From Phyllosticta citribraziliensis (lineage: Eukaryota): 64,000 nucleotides of DNA. Shown one piece after another: positions 11,931-24,301 of the stretch. Location: contig NW_027117346.1 in the NCBI RefSeq assembly GCF_038025025.1, positions 434,001 to 498,000 on the forward strand, given 5' to 3'. Positions within the stretch are counted from its first letter, which is position 1, and each line of letters opens with the position of its first letter. The notes below the pieces were generated by a model. That model had not been told where the DNA came from and made no database searches. It was given only the letters and a program-made list of their open reading frames with translations. The position numbers were made by a program, and so were the translations under genes.

Positions 11931-13739
11931 ATGTTTCTTACCCGCCAGAGAAGATATCCTCGCGATCCCTCCAAGTTTCCCACGAGCCAGCTATTCGTTC
12001 TTGGTACGTTGCTCTTGTCCTCATTGTCTCCTCCGCCTCGCTGACTCGACCTCCAGCCCTCGTCAGAGTCGCAGAGCCGGTTGCCCTCACTTCCATCTTT
12101 CCCTATGCCTGGAAGCTCGTTCTTCACTACGAAGTCACCGACGAGAACAATGCTGCTCTCTACTCGGGCATCCTCATCTCGGCCTTTGCCCTCGCCGAGG
12201 CCGTCAGCGGCATGTACTGGGGCGGACTGAGCGACCGCATCGGCCGCAAGCCTGTGCTCCTGCTCGGCTGCGCCGGCACTCTTCTTTCGCTCCTCGTCGT
12301 CGGCTTTGCTCAAAGCTTCTGGGTCGCCTTGCTGGGCAGAGTCCTCGGTGGCATCCTCAATGGCAACATCGGCGTCATCCAGACCATGGTCGGCGAGTTG
12401 GTCCACAAGCCAGAGCACGAACGTAAGTTGGTCTGGATCCTTTTTCCAACGTCTCGCTGACATCTTCTTTCAGCCAAAGCCTACGCCGTCATGCCCTTCG
12501 TCTGGTCTGTCGGAACCATCATCGGTCGTAAGTACATTCCCTGGCTCTTGCTGACTGACGCTCTCGTTTCATCGCCTCCTCTTCTTGGTGCTGACTGAAA
12601 CAGCCTCCATTGGAGGGTACTTTGCTGAACCGTGTAAAAACTATCCCGCCGTGTTCCCCGAGGGCTCCATCTTTGACACCTTCCCTTACCTGCTTCCAAA
12701 CCTCATTTGCGCGCTGATGCTGGTTGGATCCATCCTCGCCGGATGGCTGTTCCTTGAGGAGACTCACCCTGATATGCAGCCCTGGAGTAGTCCTCAGGAT
12801 TTGCAGCAGACGTCGGCAGAGACTCCGCTCATGCCCACTGCCGGTGCCACGGCGCATGCGGCCGCTAACCTTGCCACCGAGTCGTACGGCACCTTTGACC
12901 AGATTGACGTGCAGCAAGAGCAGAGTTGGACGGTCAAAGCCGACGGACAAGCCGTCCAAGACGCTCCCGAAGTCAAGCCCACCACCGTCTTCACGAGGAG
13001 CGTGGTGATGCTTGTGATTGCCCTCGGTCTCTTCACTTACCACAGCATGACATACGACACCCTGCTCCCCATTTTCCTGCAAGACAAGCGTGCCCACGAG
13101 GACGTCGCTGCCCTGTCTTCTCTTCCCCTCGCCGGCGGCCTCGGCATGACGATCCAGCAAGTCGGCTTCATCCTCTCCGTCAACGGCGTCATTGCTCTCT
13201 TCATCCAAGGCGTCGTCTTCCCCCTCATGGCCTCGTGGCTGGGCGTGTGGCGCCTCTTCATCGTCGTCACCATCGGCCACCCCCTTGCCTACTTCATCGT
13301 CCCGTACCTCGTCCTCATGCCATCCAGCTGGCTCTACCCGGCCATTTATGCCTGCCTGATCGTCCGCAACTTCTTCTCCATCGTCGCCTACCCGCTGCTC
13401 CTCATCTTGATCAAGGAGGCGTCGCCCTCGCCCACCATGCTCGGCCGCATCAACGGCCTGGCCGCCAGCACCGGCGCCGCCTGTCGCACCCTGTCGTCCC
13501 CAATTGGCGGCTGGCTCTACGGCCTCGGCGCCCACGCCAACTTTACCGCGCTCCCCTGGTGGTTCAGCGCTCTTGTTGCGCTCATCGGCGCCGCGCAGGT
13601 CCCGCTCTTCAAGCGCGAGAACAAGCGCCAGACGCGCGTTGGCCCTGCTGCCAGCTGCCGCCTCATACCCAAGCCCGAGGACGAGTTTAAGCACGAGGTC
13701 GTCCACATTACCGTTGAAGACGAGGATGAAGAAGCGTAG
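11931..13739 (+). CDS. MFS transporter (YCR023C / ZIF-like multidrug-type family), 4 exons
   Basis: FPTSQLFVL-ALVRVAEPVALTSIFPY, MFS motif A GGLSDRIGRKPVLL, GGILNGNIGVIQTMVGEL, many hydrophobic helices. Introns at ~12004-12056, 12423-12473 and 12528-12603. Confidence 0.9.
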
Positions 13740-15509
13740 AACGCCTCTCTATCGTCGCAGCTTGTTTTTTTGCCTGTCGAAGAAGACTGATACGAATACA
13801 TACGAAAGAAAGAAGACCAGGATGTGGACGAAGACTTTTTTCGAAATTGATTGACGCAAAAAAAGAAGAGTGGGAGCATGAGAAGACTGCCATGATTTCT
13901 CTCACCTTTGGTTTGGTTTGGCTTGGTTTGGGGGTGGTTGGCTGTCACGACTTTTACGACGACTTCTTTGCCTGTCTGCTTGCCTTGTCTTTGCTCTTTC
14001 TTGGCTCTGTTTCCAGCTGTACACACGGTCGCGTCGTCTCTGGTTTCCGGTCATGGCGGGAAGGGAGGAAAGGGGCATAGAAGGCGTTGGTCTGCTTCGT
14101 CTCGTTTCTCTTGGTCCCCTTTCATGCAAGGCGTCTCGGTTTTCCTGGGTTTTGGCTCTTGGGCTTCTGATTTCTCTTCTCGCAAGGCGTTTAGACGGCG
14201 CTTTTCTGGGATTCCTCGCTGGTTTTGCTTTTCTTCTCTGTGTCATCTCCTTTTTCTACTTCTTCTTCCTTTCTTCTTCTTCCTTTCACTTCGCGCAAAG
14301 ATGACAGCGACGACGTAGAGTTGGCATGGCGGCTCGCATCTGCTCGCTCCTCTCGAATCATGACTGTTGCTGTTGGTTGGGTGCTGTTTGTTGAGCGGGC
14401 GGTAGACAGACTGAACTTTCTTCTTCTCGTCGATCAAGGTCTCTTTGTTTGGGTGCGTTGAGCGTGGCGCTGCTTCCATTAAGAACTTCGTCTCCTCTTT
14501 TTCCACTGCTTCTCGCTCCTCGTTCCAGAGCTCTCGCGCGGTTTTCGAAGCGTTGCGCGCCTGTCTCGTCCGGTCGGTCGGTTGGTGGGGTAAATTGCCT
14601 TGAAAGCGCTTCTTGTCGTCGCTCTTCGTCCAGCGTAATGTGTTTTGAGTCAGCGCTAAATTGTCCAGTCCAGCTGTCCGTCTCCTTTCTTTCTGCTTTT
14701 TCCGCTTTTTCAGCTTTCTTGATACCGTACGTACGCAAGTCTGTAGTCGCTCAAAAAAATTGAATCGAAAAGAAGTCTGAAAACCAAGTCGCGGTCTCAA
14801 ACAAGCCCAAATGCCTTTCATGAGTGTGATCCAGACTTGACAGTGTGCTAGGTATTCGCCGCGACAGGCGAGCGCAAAGACAGGAAAACGAGCTCCGGGT
14901 AAGGGCAGCAGCAGCAGCAGCAGCAGGCGGCGCTCCCTCCCCTTCTTATCGACGGCGTGCTGGGCGACTGCGTGTGCTCGTCCGTGTGACGCAGGGCGAG
15001 CACCTCACTCCACGTGCCATGGCGCCATATCTGGTCCACACCATCGCGTCGTGTGTGTGCGTACCAAGGCAGCCAGCCCATCGTCTGACCTTGCATGTGT
15101 TTGTAGTTGCTGAGGCGTCTTGGATGCGTGTGTGGTTCGGGTCGTTTTTGGGGTGGCGGAAGGAAGGATGGATGGATGGGTGGATTTGAGTTTGGGTGGT
15201 GGTGAGCGAAAAAGACAAGGGGGGATGTGGACATCAAGGTGCCTTCTCTCTGAAGTACCCACACCTCTGCCTGTTTACCGTACTCGTGTACATGTACCTT
15301 GTTGTCTACATGTCTACGTCATATTACACGGCGTCATGATAGATAGAAAGAAGGGTAAGCCAGAATGCCAAAGATAATACAAAGGAAGATGCTATAATGC
15401 TCCAAGGCCGGCCGTATCACGTCAAGCGCGAGTCGAGTCTATATACAGTGTATGTGGGGCGAGTGTGAGTGGTGCAATATGTACAAGTACCTACCCAATC
15501 TTCGCGAGC

Positions 15510-16946
15510 CTACCGGCTCACAGAAATCATCCAGCCGTCATCAAACGCCTTGCCCAGCTCGTCAACGCCGCCCCAAACAACGACGCTCGCGCCCTCGACC
15601 TCCGTGCCCCTGGCCGCCGCAAAGCCCGTCCGCCCGCCCATGCCCTTGGCGCCGGTCCCGGACAGCGACAGCGGCCGCTCCCTGACGACGTCGCCGGCGT
15701 CGTTGACGTACTGGTACAGCACCTCTGCCCAGAGGCCCTCGCGCGTCTCAAGCTGCGTCTGGCGGCGCGTGGCGTCCTTGAGGCTGGCGCCGCTGCCCGC
15801 CGTCGCCGGCAGCTGGTACACCCACATGTCGTCCCAGTAGGCGGGCGGCTCGGCGAGGCCGCGCAGCTCGCGCTCGGCCGCCGTCACGGCGTCTTGGTCT
15901 TTGCCGCCGCCCACCAGCAGCAGGTAGTGCCGGCCGTGGCCCGTCGCGTACTCGAGCAGCGACGCGCCCGTGCGGTTCCCGTCGGGCCCTTCGCCCTGCT
16001 CGTGCGGCAGCAGCTCCCAGTGCGAGTTTTGTGTACGTGCTGGTGGCCCGCCGGCTTCGGCGAACTTCCACAGCCCGCTCACGTCCAGCGTGCAGAGCTC
16101 CGAGGGCACGACGTTGCCGCCGCCGCTGGTGTCGGGCGTCGCGGCCGCTCCGCTCGATCCGCCTATCAGGTACAGCCGTGTCCCAACCATCGCCATGGCG
16201 GCGCCGATGCGTGCGGGGCCCGGCGGTGCAGCGAGCGACGTCCACGTCCGCGTGCGAATGTCAAACGTCCACAGGTCGTGAATAGGCGCGCCGCTGGCAA
16301 TGGGATTGGTGCTCGCGCCGCATGATATGAAGAGCGTGCCCCAGGAGCCAGGGGCCGGCGGTTCGGGGACGTTGAGCGAGGGGTCGGGCGGCTGTTGCGG
16401 GAGGCTCGGCGGTTGGCGCGGTGTCGATTCCTTTGGCCTCGGTTCCTCTGTCGATGTGAAGGCGTGGTGGGAGCGCGGCGCTGGCGTTGGCAGAGACGCA
16501 TTGCTCGGGTGCAGCGCGGTCCAGGTAGACCGAATCGGACTGAAGACCCAGACGACTCCTTCAGCTTCTTGCTCGTCGTCTTCCGACAAGACGCCCCCGT
16601 AGATGAAGATGTCGTCGCCGACTACCGACGCGCTGTGTCCTTTGCGCGGTGCGGGGACCGGTCCATCTGCTGCGGCGGGTTTAGCCTTGATCGAGTAGTA
16701 GTCTGCTTCCTGGACTCCCGAAGACGGCAGGATGATGACGTGCACGTCGTTGTCGGTAATGAGGCCGTCGGCATCCTCGCCTCCAAAGACGTATGCGCGC
16801 CCTTTTATTACGCTGATGCTGTGTCCAGTGCGCGGTAGCGGTGCTCCTTGGATCGGTGCAAAGGTCGCCTTGAAGGTTCGTTCGCCCTTGGCCAGCGATA
16901 GCGCGCCTTGGACGAGGTTGCCAGCGGCAGAGAGAAAGTTTGGCAT
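15510..16946 (-). CDS. Kelch-repeat beta-propeller protein
   Basis: Repeated kelch motifs (PRTGHSISVIKGRAYVFGGE, PRKGHSASVVGDDIFIYGG, LWTFDIRTRTW, RLYLIGG, VVWGG) in an intronless 478-aa ORF. Confidence 0.85.
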   Translation of the reverse strand: MPNFLSAAGNLVQGALSLAKGERTFKATFAPIQGAPLPRTGHSISVIKGRAYVFGGEDADGLITDNDVHVIILPSSGVQEADYYSIKAKPAAADGPVPAPRKGHSASVVGDDIFIYGGVLSEDDEQEAEGVVWVFSPIRSTWTALHPSNASLPTPAPRSHHAFTSTEEPRPKESTPRQPPSLPQQPPDPSLNVPEPPAPGSWGTLFISCGASTNPIASGAPIHDLWTFDIRTRTWTSLAAPPGPARIGAAMAMVGTRLYLIGGSSGAAATPDTSGGGNVVPSELCTLDVSGLWKFAEAGGPPARTQNSHWELLPHEQGEGPDGNRTGASLLEYATGHGRHYLLLVGGGKDQDAVTAAERELRGLAEPPAYWDDMWVYQLPATAGSGASLKDATRRQTQLETREGLWAEVLYQYVNDAGDVVRERPLSLSGTGAKGMGGRTGFAAARGTEVEGASVVVWGGVDELGKAFDDGWMISVSR

Positions 16947-18057
16947 TGCTGGAGGATGTCGAGGAGTTGAGGGATTGAAGCGGAGCGGGGATGGTGAGGA
17001 GCGGCGCGGAGGAGCTGTTAAGGCTGACAGTCATGTCAAGGAAGCTAAGTCCGGCTCGGGCCGTGCGTCAAGGCTGCGTCATCCCTGCGGCTTGCGCCTT
17101 GGGGACTTGGCGACGTTGGTGTTGACGTTATTGTCACCACCAAGTCGTTCGTGTCTGCTCAAATTGTCGTGTGGTATGAGCAAAACAACCACACGAGATC
17201 CAGTTTCTCAGGAGAAGATGCTCAGTCTCTCTAATCCCATCACTCTTCGACATCCAAAATCTTGGTTCTGTCAACACCGGTCCGTGCCGCTTCCCTTGGA
17301 TTCCGGATCGGCACATGCGCCACGAGGTGTGGATTGTCAACTCACAGCGACAGCGCATCCTTCCATGCTTTTTTTCGTTCTTCTCTTGTCTGCTTGGCCC
17401 TTGGCGCCTCCTTTCAATCTTCGCTCCTTGGACAATTTGTGGAAACAAAATCGAGACACTTTAGTCCCTTTCTGTGGATTTTTGGTGGATTCTTATCCCG
17501 CCTCTCCACCAAATCCGAATGTTCTTCGTTCCTCTTTTGCTTTCAGATCTAAGGCTCAACTAAGCTTCTATCCGATGCCGCCAAGATCCGTACAGCGCTT
17601 GGTCTCTGTCTTCTCTACATGTTTTGGTCTGCGCCACGCCTTGCACCGCCTCGAAACGTGATGTCGTCGTTCGCTCGACCCTCCAATGCGCCAACTTTAC
17701 GAGTTGCACTGCCAGTCCCGAATCGGTCTCGTTGGGTATCTTCCACTTTCATGGTCTCCGTTAAGAACTCGTGGGGTTCTTGCACCTTAGCCTAATTGTT
17801 TTACTTTTCTATCTTAATTGTTCAAGAGTTGGCTCCGTTGCTCAAACGACCTCAAACTTAGCCCAACGACGCAGCCAAAGACTATGGCTGTTGATCATCG
17901 TCTCATCTCTACTTGGACCCTGTCTCTGACAACTTGTCAGGTTGTGCTCGTCTTTGTATTTAGTCAATTGTCCGCATGTCAGTCTCATCAAAAATTGCAA
18001 CACAATATAATTTGTAATTGCGATCCAAATCCGCCACAAGTAAAACAACTTTACCCT

Positions 18058-18146
18058 GCTTCTATGGCTCAGTTGGTAGAGCGCGGCACTAGTACTGATC
18101 ACCATCAGTAATGCCGAGGTCCTGAGTTCAAATCTCAGTGGAAGCA
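18058..18146 (+). tRNA. tRNA-Thr(AGT) with a 16-nt intron (18095-18110)
   Basis: Acceptor stem GCTTCTA/TGGAAGC+A, D arm GCTCAGTTGGTAGAGC, anticodon stem CGGCA/TGCCG with AGT at 18091-18093, T arm CTGAG-TTCAAAT-CTCAG. 73 nt after splicing; T-runs downstream fit a Pol III terminator. Confidence 0.95.
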
Positions 18147-20142
18147 TTCCCTTTTGCTTTTTACCGGCTTCGCGTAAAGCGCGCGATCTGTTTACTTTTT
18201 GCCTCTTTTTCGGCCATGTCTCGACTTGAACCCAGAAGTTAGAGACTTCGACTCAGTTCCGTTCGCCTGCAGAAGAACCAACGCTGCCGTTTGCCAGTTT
18301 TCGACTGTGGTCCACTCCGACCGCCGTACAACCGCAGTACTTCCCGTTCTTCCAACGTCGAGCCGCCGTCCCCTCACTCGTTTTGCCTCTTCAAGAACAA
18401 GCGCGCAACTTCGCTGGGTCCGGAAATTGTGCCGTCTGAGCGCGTCTTGCGTCTTGTCCCGTCTTCGTCCTCGTGTTGTTTCGTCTTGGGGTTTGCAGAA
18501 AATACCGCTCGACTTCAGCCTTGCTTTCAACAGTCGTCGTATGATTCGACGTTCGGAGACATGATGGAGGCAAATTCAAAGTCCCCACGAAATTGACGCG
18601 GAGAGGAAAAGCCACAGGCAGGCCGAGTCGGCAGCTTTCGGAATGTTCCTTGTGGTCTTACAGATGGTTCGTCAACTCCGCGTTCACTGGCTGCAATGTC
18701 TCGTTCCACACGACATCAGGCGCCCTCGCGCCTGCCAAGGATCGCGCCGCTCTGTACTCGGGAGGTTTAGGGAGTTCCCCGCATTCGATTACCCTTGCTT
18801 GGCCAGCTGGAGGAAATGGCGTGTTGTAATGTGAAGGATTCGTCCGCATCAGCCACGTCGGCGGGGGGCGGCGGTGTCGCCAGAATCAGACGGTATGTCA
18901 GCCAGCAACGTCAGCAAGTACATTGAACACCGCGCATAGTGTTCCGCATCATTTCTTTCTGTCAAATGTCTTTGAATTTCAGTCTGGGGATGCGTGTTGT
19001 CGGGACGTGCGTGGAGTTCGACAAGCTTCTGCCGCGCGGAGCTTCCAAAGGCTTCTCAGAGTCTTGTCGGACAGCCGCCCGGCTTTCCGAAGCAGATTTT
19101 CTTCACAAAAGTCGGGCCGTGGACTTTGACCTCGAAACGAGAGCATCCATCACCCGCCCCGCTGCCAAGGTAGTCGGTATGGCCGGTGGCGTGCCCGCTG
19201 GAGCTTGGCGAAGTTGAGGGGACTATCGCAGTCCTCGTCTCTAAGGGAAGAATACCACGAGCAAGAGCTGTGGTTCTCGCGGAATTTTCCGAATGTCGGT
19301 TCAAGCTACTGCAAACGGACGTGTACGGTAGCGACCGAGCACGCGGGGAAAGCAGACGCGCATTCTTGCCAGTTCTTGGAACCCTCTGGCTGGAGCGAGC
19401 CTTACGGATCTGGACGTGCATGTAATCAGGCAAGAGTGGGTCACTGCGCGTGCACAGCAAATCCGGGGGAGCCAAAACCCCGGATCTGGGGTAAACCGCC
19501 GAGACCCACACTTTTGCGACTTCATATGGTCAGATTCTATCACGTACGGGCTGCCTTTTGCCTGTATCACGAGGCTTACTGTCGTACGACCGGCCTGGTC
19601 AACGTGACTAATTTCTCCCAGCCGGGCCACTGCGACGTCGCGCAGGCGGGCAAATATGTTGAGCTCTGGTGTGGACAGCGCCATCTTTCATGCTTGATGG
19701 TAATGAATTATTCAAGAAAGGCAGGTAATACTGCTACATCTGAGGAATCACATTGCTAATCGTTCAAAGAGACCCTTGCCGAACCACCTGCGCAGCGCGG
19801 CTACGACCTCAGCAGAGCAGCACCCCTCACTGGCTCATTCGTGCCGCGATACCCCAGATCCAACAACTTGGCACTCCTGATAAGTACACAAGCAAGCCCG
19901 GAGCATGACGGCTTGGCTGTCTTGGCCTCGAGCGAATGTGGCATGCCGGACAGAGTCCCACCCCAACCATGCTCAGGGCCAGCACCTCCGCGCAACCTCG
20001 CTGAGCCTACATACATTGATATGATGCAACGAGCGGAACGTCGTACGTATAAAACGAAAGGTTCCTGCTCTATCTGCGACTCTCGTTGTCGTTCAAGCTC
20101 GAGTTCCTTCCTCAGTCCAGTCCTCCTCTCAGTTCCGCCGAC

Positions 20143-21932
20143 ATGTCACAAAACGAACCAGCCGAACCAATAGCCACCGGCGTCTTTGCTGTGGCCAAGC
20201 AATCCTTCGGCGACCTCTTCAGGTGGAAGCAACGAGTCCTCGTTACCAATGAATACGGCGAGGAGCGCACCGAGTGGCAGGCCCCTGAGCCGCTACCAAA
20301 CCCCTTCAGCCTCTTCGCCCAACTCACCCTTCGGAACTGGGTCTTCTACATCGTTGGTTGGGCTGCTTGGACGATAGATGCGTTCGATTTCCACGGTTCT
20401 TTTGCTCTCTTTCGGTGGATTTCTCGATTGCTAACATATTTTATAGCTCTCAGCATTCAAACGACGAAGTTGGCCGACTACTATGACCAGTCAAAAACCA
20501 ACATTACCACGGCCATTACCCTTACATTATTACTTCGATCAGTCGGCGCTGCAGTCTTCGGCCTTGCCGGCGACAGGTTCGGTCGCAAATGGCCAATGGT
20601 TTTAAACATGATCATACTGGGCGTGCTCCAGATTGCCACAATCTATTGTGCGACCTTTTCACAGTTTCTCGCAGTGCGCAGTCTGTTTGGTCTCTTTATG
20701 GGTGGTGTATATGGCAATGCCGTGGCAATGGCTCTTGAAAATGTCCCGTAAGTCTCATTTCATCCATATTTCTCAAAACTCGTGGGATTTGAATGCTCCC
20801 CGCTGGCAACAAAGCTGAATTTCTCCAGTGTCAACGCCCGCGGTATCATGAGTGGCATAGTAAGTCGGAACTACTACCAGGCTCGCGAACCAAAAGGTCT
20901 AACGACAATAGATGCAATCCGGGTACTCTGCTGGCTACGTCTTCGCTGCATGCGCCAACCTGGGAGTTGGTGGAGAGACTGACACCTGGAAAACCGTCTT
21001 TTGGATTGCAGCCGGTCTCTCCATTGGCATCGGTCTGATTCGCATCGCTTTTCCCGAGTCGAAGCAGTTCCTTGAAGCGAAGGAAGCCCGCAAGGTTGCC
21101 GGAGGGAAGAGCGCCAAGGCTCCTTCAGCCTTCTGGCAGGAAACCAAAAACATGCTGGCCAAGGAGTGGAAGATGTGCCTGTACTGCATCCTCCTGATGA
21201 CGTGGTTCAACTACTACAGCCACACGAGCCAGGACAGCTACACGACATTCATGCTGACGCAGAAGGAGTTGAACAACGCGCAAGCGAGTCGCGCGAGTAT
21301 CCTCATGAAAGTAGGCGCTTGTGCCGGTGGCACGACAATCGGTTACGCATCGCAATGGTTTGGTCGCCGTCGCGCCATCATTGTCTCTGCTCTCCTCAGC
21401 GCCTGCTTGATTCCAGCGTGGATTATGCCCGAGGGCGAGAGGGCCCTCTCCGCGACTGGATTCTTCATTCAGTTCTTCATCCAGGGCGCCTGGGGTGTCA
21501 TTCCCATCCACTTGAACGAGCTGTCGCCGCCGGCCTTCCGCTCCAGTTTCCCTGGTGCGCCTCAAATACCATCCCCCTCTGGCTTTGATCCAGCTAACAA
21601 GTTCTTCAACAGGTATCACGTACCAACTTGGCAACATGATTTCATCCCCGAGCGCGCAAATCGTCAACGCGATCGCCGAGAAGACGTTCGTCACGCTCGA
21701 CAACGGCGACCGCGTGTCAGCGTACGGCCCGGTCATGGGCGTGGCGACAGCCATCATCGCCCTCGGCATTGCCACCACCGCTGCTTTCGGCCCCGAGAAG
21801 CGCGGCAGGAAGTTCGAGGAGGCCAAGGTGGCCGGCGCCGTCGTCGAGCCGGTCAAGGATGTCGAGGAGGGCTTTTACGACAACGAGAAGCCTGTGGAGC
21901 AGAGGATTGAGAGGGTCGAGAACAAGGCTTAA
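20143..21932 (+). CDS. JEN1: Jen1-type carboxylate:H+ symporter (MFS, sialate:H+ symporter family), multi-exon
   Basis: AWTIDAFDFH, GLAGDRFGRKWP, the Jen1 signature NYYSHTSQDSYTT, QGAWGVIPIHLNELSPPAFR and YQLGNMISS. Several canonical introns, including a ~31-nt exon near 20829-20859. Confidence 0.9.
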
Positions 21933-22236
21933 GGTAAATGGGTTTGGGAATAAGCTTTGGCATGGTTGGAGGAAGCGAGAGAATCTAGAGGACTGACTGC
22001 GATGCATAGCGGGCTCAGGAGTCGTAGATGGAGGCACAGGAGTCTTTCATTATGGTTGGAAGGTGGAAACTCCCGGTCATGAACCAATTGATTACCCTCA
22101 TTTTGCGACAGTCGCATTTCCTCGACAGGAACGTGATGAATGACCAAGAGCAGGAAGGAGATGTCCAATCGAGCCCCTGTTTGCGATGACAGGAGGAGGC
22201 CAGGGAAATCGAAGAGAGGCGAACGAAGCGCAAACG

Positions 22237-22350
22237 GGGAGCATCCATCAGCTGAAGCAAGCGACTGACTGGAAGCATTCAAGGCACCCTGGCTGGAGCC
22301 CTTGGGAGCATTCAAGTGTCTACACAAGACACTCACAGGGAGCATTCAAG
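22237..22350 (+). repeat. Four-unit array: 13-bp conserved head GGGAGCATTCAAG with variable ~21-bp spacers
   Basis: Heads start at 22237 (GGGAGCATCCATC), 22271 (GGAAGCATTCAAG), 22304 and 22338 (both GGGAGCATTCAAG); spacing 34/33/34 bp. Confidence 0.75.
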
Positions 22351-23013
22351 CCCCAAAGCATCAAAACAGCACTTGTGTTTGCTACGACTTGTGCTATCTA
22401 GCTTCAAACGGTACCCAGTCCATCTGCCAGCATATCTAACCCTCTGAACTGAGCACCCTGGCACTGGTTTATTTCCCAGAATTCCTATCAAGAACAGAAG
22501 ACTGCAGAGTCAGATTGTGAACGCGGTGCGAGACGTGTCAAGAGCAACGAAAAGACGCTGACCAGAAAATCAGTCGGCGCGAGCGCGAAACGAGCGAGGA
22601 GGAGTCTTCGACTTGCAAAAGAAGAGGTAAATTGGAGTTGAGCATCCAGGTCGTGTTGGGTCGCGGGTTCCTCATTTGGAAGTCGCCGCTCAGGCGCCTG
22701 CAACTTCAACCTTCCGCCGTCAACCTTCAGCCTCCAACCTTCGAGCTCCTCAATATCAACATTGTGACTCTTCCTCCTCAAGCTCATCTGCACCAAATCT
22801 CGACGCGCTGCACCAATCGCCAGCACGCCGCAAGACGAGCTGATACCCGCTCCTTTTCGAGGACGAAGTTGAACGGTCAGTTGGTCCTCCTCGCGGAAGG
22901 ATCATGATGCTAACATGAGTATACAAAGCCAAGTCTCGCAGACAAACTCGTCGGCGCCCATCTGAAAAAGAGCTTGATCCGTCGGTCGGAAAGCGGTACA
23001 GCCATCTCTCAAG

Positions 23014-23430
23014 ATGTCGGCGAACAACCTCCCGCCCTCGGCCTTCATCAGTCCATTCCCACCCCGATTCTGGATATGTGCCGAATGCCTGGTTCCCCGT
23101 GCAATTCAGTACCTATCGAAGACCAGCGGCGTCTGTCGCTATTGCGATATCGGCTCGAAGGATACAAGGATTGAGCATAAGTACTGCATTGACGGCGGCC
23201 ACGATGCGTTTCGCGTCGACTTTTTCGACCCTATTGGCGAAGAGATGGACACTTGCCTGACATGCCAACGTCTGGACTTAGGGCCAGCGAAGAAGAGGGT
23301 GGATACGGGAGCTGGCAAAGAATTACCTGGACTTCATGCATCATCCTCGACGACCGAATCCTCTGCGCCAACGAGACGCCGAGCGAAGGCGAAGATGGAT
23401 GCGAAACGTAACAGCATAGTACCATGCTAA
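23014..23430 (+). CDS. Small orphan protein (138 aa) with a putative double zinc-binding module and a basic tail
   Basis: CAEC-x16-CRYC, then C-x4-H ... CLTC, and a basic RRRAKAK tail. An upstream intron-like element (GTCAGT 22876, GCTAAC 22909, AAG 22928) suggests a spliced 5' UTR. Confidence 0.5.
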   Translation: MSANNLPPSAFISPFPPRFWICAECLVPRAIQYLSKTSGVCRYCDIGSKDTRIEHKYCIDGGHDAFRVDFFDPIGEEMDTCLTCQRLDLGPAKKRVDTGAGKELPGLHASSSTTESSAPTRRRAKAKMDAKRNSIVPC

Positions 23431-24301
23431 GCCTGTGCACCATCCTACATGATCGGTAGCAATGCTGGTACAGAATTGCGTTTGCCAAGTTTGCCGACGT
23501 TACCTACCCCTGCTGCAACTCGGACGTCTTTAGTAAACATTACGAAACAATTCATTGAGGAGTCCAGCAATCCAATGTCCTCCAGGAGACGATCATGAAT
23601 TTCGGGTCACCCCGTCACCACCTACCATCATACAAAGACAAAGCAGCCTTATTCGGACGAGCAACATGGCTATTCACAGCCAACGACCATCCGGCTGCGA
23701 AGAGGTTTCATGCTGAGTATGAAGGAGGTTGTTCTCACATCACTTATTTGCTGTGTGTTGCTGGGTATCATAGGCCGGGGTTGTGGGTGCAACAAACTCT
23801 AGCTCCGAGAAGAAGCAGCTCGAGGAAAGACTTTGTCCTTCAGTCTACTATTTCAACAGTGGGATTTAAACCAATGAGAGGCCTGGGAAACAGAGGATGG
23901 AGGACATCGAGAATGAGGATTGGGTGAGTGCACGGTAAGATATGGAAAAATGCGGCCGTGGATCAATCGAATACCCTCCTTTCATGACGACCGCCTTTCC
24001 TTGCCGTGAAGTCGATGAATGACCAACAGCTTCGGAGGAAGAATACGCAATCAAGGCAGTGGGTGATTGGATGGGGAGCAGACAAAGAGCATTCGTGCGC
24101 TTTCGCAGGGGAATGATGGTGAAGATCCAAGCTCTATGGTGCCAGGGTGCTTCAGAGTAAACAAGCATTCTCAAGGCTGGCAATGAGAAGCATTCATGAG
24201 CTTGGTATGTCCTTGCAAGCGAGGAGGAACCTCGGACTTGAAAAGAGACGTGACGGGAGCACCGTAAGCGAGACAGATGGAGTTGGGTCGCAGGTTCAGC
24301 A

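Noticed and set aside
9349..13739. Secondary-metabolite cluster (Rieske oxygenase + MFS)
   Set aside because: No PKS, NRPS, terpene synthase or cluster transcription factor in the window; adjacency alone is insufficient.
18140..18150. tRNA 3' end GGAAGCATTC matches the head of the dispersed repeat
   Set aside because: Only a 10-bp match and no other tRNA-derived sequence in the repeats; probably coincidence.
22237..22350. CRISPR array
   Set aside because: Eukaryotic context, only four 13-bp non-palindromic repeats and no cas genes; kept as an unexplained periodic repeat.
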